A stretch of 64,000 bases of DNA, taken from Podarcis filfolensis (lineage: Eukaryota). The notes under the pieces were generated by a model that did no database searches, was not told where the DNA came from, and saw only the letters and a list, made by a program, of their open reading frames with translations. The stretch lies in NCBI GenBank assembly GCA_964270895.1, contig OZ185450.1; one strand, given 5' to 3'. Below, one piece after another: positions 48,693 through 57,600 of this stretch; positions within the stretch are counted from its first letter, which is position 1; every line of letters starts with the position of its first letter. The translations under genes were made by a program, and so were the position numbers.

Positions 48693-51600
48693 TACTTGAT
48701 ATAGGAAGAAACATTAATTCTGGGAAGAGCTGTGCTGCAGGAACAGCTGATTCAAGATGAGAGTCATCTGCTGGAAGTCAGTTCTAGAAAAGCAACTTGA
48801 GGAACAGCTGCTTTTTGGCTGCCTTTCTTCAAAATTCACAACACTGGACTGCAAAGAGGTGGCTTGTTTTTCAGCATTACGTCAAGCGGCAAATTCTCTT
48901 ACTAGCATTGGCAGGAGGGAGGGGTAGGGTGTGTACAGAAAAGCAGGCAACATGCCTGCAGATTTCTCTAAAGCAGAATATTTCATGAAAGATAAATTCA
49001 GCTGCAGCCTCTGCATCTGAGCTGAATCAAGCAGAGCTGCGTAAAGAGAATTGCTGTGGTGAAAGCGCATCACTCACAGGCCCTGGTTTTGCACACAGCA
49101 CTGCAAAGAGCAGCAGCTTCATCATATCTCCTCTGCCAGCCACTCCCCTTGGACACGTGGGGCTCCCTGCAAGAAGTAAACAATGTTCGGCTGAGGAAGG
49201 ACTGAGGCTTCCTCTACAAAGCTGGCCGAAAATTACAGCTGGTTAATATCAACAGAGACTGCTCTGCAAAGCACAAGGGTAGCCTTTGTAGCTGCTAAGC
49301 TGGGAGAAAGATCCATGGACAAGCAAGCAGGGAGAGAAGTTTGGGCATGTGACCAAAGCTTCAATTCTTCCATTTCCCCCTTCCTAGAAAGCAAGCACAT
49401 CAGTCCCAGGCATCCTGAAAGGAACAGCAGCCTTGACTAACAGCTGGAAAGCCAAAGTTGGGCTCTAACGAGCTTCAAGGGAGGCAGTTCAAAAAGATCA
49501 AAGGCTGTAAATCCTCCAGCCACTCTTTGCAATGATTTCCTGCTGTTGTGAGTCCAACTTAAGGAGGAAGAGAGGGAGGCAGAAAGGCAAAGCAATTCCA
49601 GACTACCTAGGGATGGAATCTGCGTATCCCAGTCCTCAGCTCTGTCTCAAAACACTTCAACAACACTTTGTGCCTTCATATTTCAGCAACTCATCTTAAT
49701 CCCTCCAAGCAACAAATTCTGGATCACAACCGCATCTCACTGAATTTCTGGCCTGCAGTACTGTTCCATGCTCAGCCACTGAACTCTTTTCTGTTTTGAT
49801 CGCCAGACACCAAGAAGCAGAACCTTGAGTCTAGTTGCAGTTTTCTACATTAAGAATGGGATTGGTGTTTGACATAACATTTGGCCAGACCATATAGAAA
49901 TCTTTCCTCGAGAGCCTCGTCAACCAGCTTGAACATAATCATTTTTATGCATAAGTCTTCTTCTTATTCTACTGGGTATAAAACGATCCCAAAGTGAAAG
50001 TTTGATATTTTTCTTCTTTACCAGTAAGCATCCCACACCTAAGCTCTGTAATATACAACCCCTTTATATTGTTTTTGCATGATTTCATTGCTGTAGGTTG
50101 TTAAATACTATGACCTTATCTCACAGAGATCCTTTCGGAAAGACTCTTTCTCTTAAGCTTGTATATTACAAGTGCACCATAGTTGCCCCCTTCTTATTTA
50201 TACCAAGTTGTTTGGAAAGCAGCTTCCCCATGGCACTATCCCACTGCCCGTGGTGTATATATGAAAACATCACAAACATGTCAGTTCCCTTCTATCTGAT
50301 CAGCTGGTGAGAAATAGACAATAGACCAAAAACAAAACAAAACAACCCCAAAAAACCCCCACAACCAACCCAGAAAACATTCCTTGACCTAACTTTTCCT
50401 TCCACGGTTCCTTTTATCCCCCTTTCCCCATGTTTTCTCAGTTCACCTTGTCTATCGCAACAACTTTTATATACTTTATTATTTCTTACTCTGCTGAAAC
50501 TCTTCCCATCCTGCTAGGTAAATTGTTTACTTATAGTACTATCCCATATATTCCATAAACAACATCCAGTCCTCTTTATAGATTTTGCCATTTTGGTTTC
50601 TTATTCTAGTAGTCATCCCTGCTAGCTCTGCATATAACAGTTTAATGTGCCATTCACTCAGCAGTAGGTTAGAGGGCTGAACACCCTCTTTTACAAAATA
50701 TGAAAATGGAGATTCATCAGCTTCTGTCTGATGTGACAGATTCTTTCACTTTCAAGGGGCCTTATATAATAATTCCTGTCTTGGGTGAAGCCAACATAGC
50801 GGTGGATTGGGTGAAGCTGCAATTTTCTTCTAATTAGTCAAGAGCTTCATGGTCTGAGTATATGGAGGCTGCACTCCTGGATCTCAAAGCCTTTTTCTGC
50901 AGCCACTCAAGTCACCAGGCTTGAAAAGAGTCTCCCTTCTTTCCCTTCCCTTGCTTTGTAAGAGACAATTCCTCCATCCCTACCCACAAGCATCTCCAGT
51001 GGGAATCTAGTGAACGATGACTCAGGAGCCAGTGATTTAAGGTGGAAAAATTCCCAGTGCTTTTATTTTTCCACAGAAACTCTTCCGTTTCATAAGTTCA
51101 CTATTAACAATGAACAGATGCCAACTGTGAACAAAATATTAGGCAAGACTGACAGTTTCAACATTTTTAGCTTTGCTTACTAAACACAAGTAAAACAGAC
51201 ATGATGAATTTGATTAGTTTCTAGGGCATCAGAAAATTTTCTGATTCCAACTGATTTTTTTTCTAATGCAAATCACCTTATGCAAATCAGGGTAATTTGT
51301 ACAGGATTCCCCCCCCCCGAAAACTCAAATCACTCCCAGGGACTGTTGTGTCTTCTTAAAACTGAGACAAAAGTGGAACCCACCTAGCTATGTTCTTTAA
51401 GCTTTAAAACAGGACAACTGTAGAAGGCTCTACACCCTGTCTGAGTGACCCAACAGCAAAATAAAGTCAATTGGGATTACAAAATGGTTGGGTGTATATC
51501 ATGCTGACCCCCCAAGTAAGTTAGAAATGGAAAAAGAGATTGCAAGTCTGTAAGGCTTTGGGAGGCTTTAGAAGAACAACATGGCCCAAGCTGAGTTTTG

Positions 51601-54600
51601 CAGACAGACCAGAAGCACTCCATGTTTAAGCAGGCCATAGATTTGCTGAAGAAAGCCAGCCCAAGTTACCAGAGAAACAGGTGGATGAGACAAGGATCTT
51701 ATTGTGCCAGCACTTAGAGGATTTATCAGTTTCAATGTAAAAGCATTCCCTCAACATACCTTGGCTTTTTGTTTCTCTTTCCGGAGCCAAGAGGAAAATG
51801 CAGCACCTTCTATATTAGATGAAGCAGCAATGAACCTAACTGACAGAGAAGCTCCAGAAAGAACAGCCGTTGCAGTAGCAGCAGCATTGCAACAGGGAGC
51901 CTGCTTCGTACCTACTTAAGAAGCTGGGGCTAAGATACGGGTCTGTGCTACAGCAGAAACCAGGCAGCCCAAGGAAAAGAGATGGGGAATAAGTAGGCTA
52001 CACTGCTTTATAGCCCCCACAAGTCATGACTCCAGTTTGGGTGCTGTCCCTTCCTGCAGAAAGTGTCAGTTGGGAAGGGCTTTCCCCCACCCTTCTCATA
52101 TCTTTTGGTAATTATTGTCTTCAGACTTCCCCATTTTCTGAGGCTCTTCATCCTGGCTTTTAACACCTGAGGTGTACATTTTAGGACAAGCATTATTTCT
52201 GTAATTTTAAGTTGTTTTAAATTATTTTTAACATCGTGTTTTAATAGCTGTAATGAAAATGGGTAATAAATTATAATGCTAATAATAATAGCATGCAAAC
52301 CTTTCACTAATTAAGTTTTTCAGATGATTCAAATAGTTATGCAGAAATGATAATTCTCCCAAGATCCATCTAGAGTCCTGGCAGACTTTCCTCTCTTAAA
52401 GGATTAACTTCCATCACAAAGGATAAGTCTTCTTCCCTGTTTCTTGATTTCTAATCTTTATGTATCACTTTTTGGTGTTAGTGCATAAAAGGGAGGAAAT
52501 AAAAGAAAACCACCCTAAATATATATTTTAAAAAAACTATAAATAATAAAAACAAAGCTCAATAGTTAAGACTTAGCTAAATACAAATAAAGAGAGTGTG
52601 CGTCTTTAAATGGTATTTGGGGGCCAATCCAAAGCTTCAGAGATCCAAAGATTCCTGGTTGCAGCCCAGGGGCTTCTGACAGCCCAAAACAACTGCCCCC
52701 ACTTCCTGTCCCCAGGATCCCAACTAACTGAGCAGCCATAAAAGAATGCCAAAGTCACAGCAAGGAACACAACTTATATATAAATGACACACACAGTGGA
52801 GCTTCATCACTTGAAATAGACAACAAGCAGCCAAGACTAATAACAAAGTAGGAATAATGTTAAGTCTTCTATCAGAACCCTTATACTTCTAGACTCCCCC
52901 TGGAGTCCAGACAAAAACACACCCCAGGAAGCTCCTTCAACAGGGACTGCAAGGATAAGGGATCCCACAGGTGTGCAAAGGAGTGCGGAGCCGGTGCTTA
53001 AAAAGCTTACAGATTTATTCCCAGGTGTTTACAATGCAATTTAAAATACATAAACATCAACAATATTCAAGAACGGCAATACAGAACAACAACATTTTAA
53101 CACAATTCAGCTATCACCCTGGAAAAGCATCAGAAACCATCATACCAGTGGCTAAATTATCATTTCATTAAAATAATAAGAGAATCAGATATTGGCTGCT
53201 TATTGTCTATGCCAAGTTAAAACCTGATAAAGCTTTGGGGGGGACACACTGTTATTATGATTATTTTATTATTATGCTTTTTGTTATGTTTTTATTTTTA
53301 CACTCCCTAAAATGTTTTCTTAATGTTGTACACTGCCCTTGGGTCTTTGGATAAAGAGTGGTATATAAATTGAATTAATCATCATCATCATCCTGGGATA
53401 GCTCAGTGAGTAAAGCATGAGACTCATCTCTGCATTGTGGGTGGACTAGATGACCCTCATGGTCCCTTCTAACCCTATGATTCTAATAAGCTGGGCATCT
53501 GGCAGAATTTGTGGAGGGTGTTCCACAGATCAAAATGTTCTAGCTTCTGTTGCCTTTCCAGTCTGTGTGACAGACAGTCATGCAATGGGTGCAGCAATCT
53601 GCAACATGCAGACAGAGTAATAGAAACTTCAGCATTTGTTACTTCTCTACCTGTCATGCAGCTTTCAAGAGCACAGCACAGGAATCTTGCAAGACCAATA
53701 CTACTGGTGAGCCCATTCACCTAAACCCTTCCACAACTGGCACATTTCAACAAAAGCTGTGCCTCTGCTCTTGTGATAGTTAACAAATAAGGAACCAGCA
53801 CCCCCTACAGCTATCATGTGCTAAAGAGAAAAAACTCCACCAGCCCAGGCCAAGGAGGGTCTGCATACCCTGATTAACACCTTGCATCAGCCATGCTGAG
53901 GGACACCCCATCCACCCAGAGAATCTAAAGGCAGAAGACCCAATGACACTTGGATACCTCCTCCCCTGCTCCAGCAGCAGAGACAGTGATGAACCTGAAC
54001 TGAAGGCAGAGCAAATGGTTCAACACACATCTAGCAAAATGAGACCAACCATCCCTGGGCCCTACTCAAGAGGACAAAGGGGAAAAAACCTGAAACATAC
54101 TCCAGATCTAGAGGGCAGCTATAATAACTATTGCATGCTGCCTGTCCTTGCTGCTGCAACACCCTTTTCTTTCTCTAGCTTGAATCCTTGGCTGGACAGC
54201 TCCCTGCCTGCTTTGGCACACCTTGCATTCATTGCCTGACCAGCTTCCCAGCCTCATCATATGACAGGAAATCCATCCATCCCACTCATGGTTGCTGAGG
54301 AGACAGCAATTCAGTCCCCTCCCAGCCTTGTCCAGCCCAGTAACTCCTGGTGCGATAATTAACGTAGCAGCTGGGCTCAGTTCTGGAGGGTCCTAACAGT
54401 GCTTTGAGAAAATCGTCAGCAGACATTGGTAATTATCCTAACAAAAAGGGTATGTCAATGAACCGGATGTCGGGACTGGGTATCTTGTGGCATGAATGAG
54501 TCAGTTATCTGAACAAGGCTATTGGAGAGTAATTTCAGTTGCTGCACTATCTGGTATGAGTCTAACCCAGCAGACTGGTACCAGGAATTGAACCCATGAT

Positions 54601-57600
54601 CTCATGTACGCTAACCAGCGCAATGCCACAACATAGGCACTTTTAAGATTGGGGTGGAAGACATCTCACGGATGGAGTGGGGGGTAGGAAGTGGTACATG
54701 CCAGGAGCTTGGCCCCAGAAGATCAAAACGTCCCAACCATAGTTGTTGTTGTTTTTTCTCATTTACAGGCTCCTGCATTATGCGAGTATGGCAGGGATAG
54801 CCAATGTGGTGCCCTCCAGATATTGCTAGACTCCCAACTCCCATCAGCCCCATTCAGCTTAGTCCATGGTCAAGGATGATGAGAGTTGTAGTCCAACTAA
54901 TGTCCAGAGGGCAGAGTTGGTTATCTCTGGGTTAGGTTATCCCTCTCTGGTCCAGGAAGCCCCAGCCCTAGTACTGCTACCTCACCCTTTTCCCCTTCTA
55001 AAGTTACTGCTGCTCACAAAGGGGAGCTTCCCCCCTTGTGGAGGTCACAAACACATTGCTCCTGGGAAGCTCAAAGGGTGGCTTCCTGCAAGCTTGCTGA
55101 TATAGCTTCCATTCTTGTTTGTCTGCATGGCTCTTCCTTGCCAAAAACACCCCTCACCTCACAATACAAACATATTTTGTGCAGCATTACTTGTACTGCC
55201 TGTGTAGTATTGCTGGCCCCATAGCAGGACTTAACCTTACTCTTGGGAAGCCTCCGATTGCTGAGCACTGGGATGCCTTTACTGGAGGAGGTGCTCTATT
55301 TCTGGGAACTAGAATATGACTATGGGGTGGAAAGAGTGCTTCTGCTGGTTCCTGTAAGTTGATTGGTGCATTGTGTGCATTGCTAATGAGGGGATCTCAT
55401 CACCAATTGATGGACAGCACCAGAGCTTTTACGGATGCTCTGGGAGTTCTGTCAGTGTCATTACATTTTTGTATTTGTTTGCACAGTTGTTGTTGTGCCA
55501 CTGATTGTTGTTGTGTTACTGACTAGGCATAGAAACATAACTATATTAAACCAGCACTGAGTTTAATGTGCCGAGTTTAACTCTTTCCCAGAACAATCTC
55601 ATGTAGCAGGAGCATAGAATGGGAGCCCCTACCCATTATGACCTTGATAAATTATTTTGGGGGGAAGGGGGGGAACAGTCTTTTGGCTTTCTTAGTCTCC
55701 AGGAATGCTGTTTAAGATAAGACAAGATACTCTTTATGTTGGTTGTTTTTACTTTGGGCAACTCATAAGTTTTACAAATAAATGAATTCCTCTTTCTTCA
55801 AAGATGCTCTATTAATTTTACTCCAGCAAAGTCCTATTGGACAGAGGTAGCACCTTTCATTTGTCTGCCATAAAGCACCTTTTTTGCAGAAGTCAATACA
55901 AGCCCAAGTGATAAAGACTGACTTGCCACTCACATATTCCCCTGTTCCCCAAGTGCCAAGATCTTCTGTGGAAACGAAGTCTGCAGAGCCTGAGAAGGTG
56001 TTTTGTACACAGCAAGCTGCAAGGTTCCAGGGAAGACTGGGGGCTGATGTTTTACTAACAGGAGCCAATAACACATCCAGCAGCTTAGCGCTTGAGGTTT
56101 AATTATGCAGGATGCTGCCAGATGGACTTTGGTAATATAGGGCCCTGAGCAGGGACAAAATCCTCCCCAAGTATTTCTTATTTTCACAAAAATTCCTTTT
56201 AGAACAGTTGCTTTTTAATGGATCTTCTCAATATTATTATTATTTTGCAACCCCTTGGCTTGGCACTCTAAGCGAGGGAACTGGCTGCAGCACCCTAAAT
56301 CCAGCGCTGATGCCAACTGAGAACATACTACCAGCTGACCAGAAGTACAGCATACCAAGCAACAAAGTTGCTATGCCGTCAGTGTAAAATGTACAATTCT
56401 GACTGGCAACATTTCAAAATTATGAAAGAAAAATATATTCAAACACAGTTCTGACCATCCCTTCCTGCAATGATTTCAATAAAGTTCTTTAGCTTGCCTC
56501 CTAAAAAATTATGATCCATTCACAATTACAGTGCAATAGTGACATCACTGTTTTAGGTTACTTGTTTGTTTGATATCCTGTCCTTCAGCTGAACTTTGAA
56601 GGGGGAATTACAGCATATAATGATAATAAAAAGGAAAAACATAACAGCTGCAAAAAATTAATAAGATTCCCAATGGAATAGCCTAAAAAGAAAGTAGCAT
56701 TAAAAGACCTCTGAGGGGTACCAGAAAGGCAATTAGGATGTCATTTACATGCTAAGCTTCTTTCTCAAATACTCAGATGAAATAGCAAAAATTAATTTTT
56801 TCATCAATGTTGACTTAAAGTTGTATGAAACAAGTTCAGCATTCTTAAACTTAAGTTTCAATTATGGGGAAAAAATAAACAGATGTGGGTTATAACATCT
56901 GTTGCTGAAAGAGAACAGAAGCTGCTGTGCTGCTCAGAGCACTTAAGTGGCCAATTCTCTGCTACATCACTGAAAGGCCTCAGAAAGGAAATAGGCTCTG
57001 CCAGAACAAAAGATGCAAGACCATCAAAATCTCTGTCACCAAGGAAGGTGTGGCATACTGATATCAATATCAAATAATTTGAAATGAGTGGGACATGCCC
57101 CCGTCATTCAAATAATTTTGCATGCAATTAATTTTAGAAAAGTTGCGATAACATCAAGCATCCCAATGGCAACTTCAGTCTAAGTTTCTTCAAGCCCTAC
57201 CTGAATAAAACAAATCCAAACAGGAAGATCTAAGATAATAAGTGACATATTCGCAAGAAAGGTTCCTTATCAAGTTTGTGCCACTGCATTGATGTGTACT
57301 GATTCATCTGTAAATAACTAGGGCTCCATATTTTACATGAGCAGAGGTCCACATATTTTTAAAAATTACTACATCTACACAATTTGGTTAAATCAAATGT
57401 ATTCTGTCTCTGAATAGGACCACTTTACTGAGCATATGTCCAAAGTTTATTTTAAAAATGTAAAATGGAAAGTTTTTTTCTTAAAATATGTAACCGCCTT
57501 AATATGTCTCAGCTACGTTATTCCAGCTATCCTAATAGCAACACAGCTGTTTTAACAATGTTTTCACTTGAACACCCCACTTTCCCCCAAAAGAGTAATG

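Noticed and set aside
53392-53430. tRNA-like sequences here and at 58480-58530, 54570-54630 and the SINE heads
   Set aside because: SINE heads with broken cloverleafs, not functional tRNA genes
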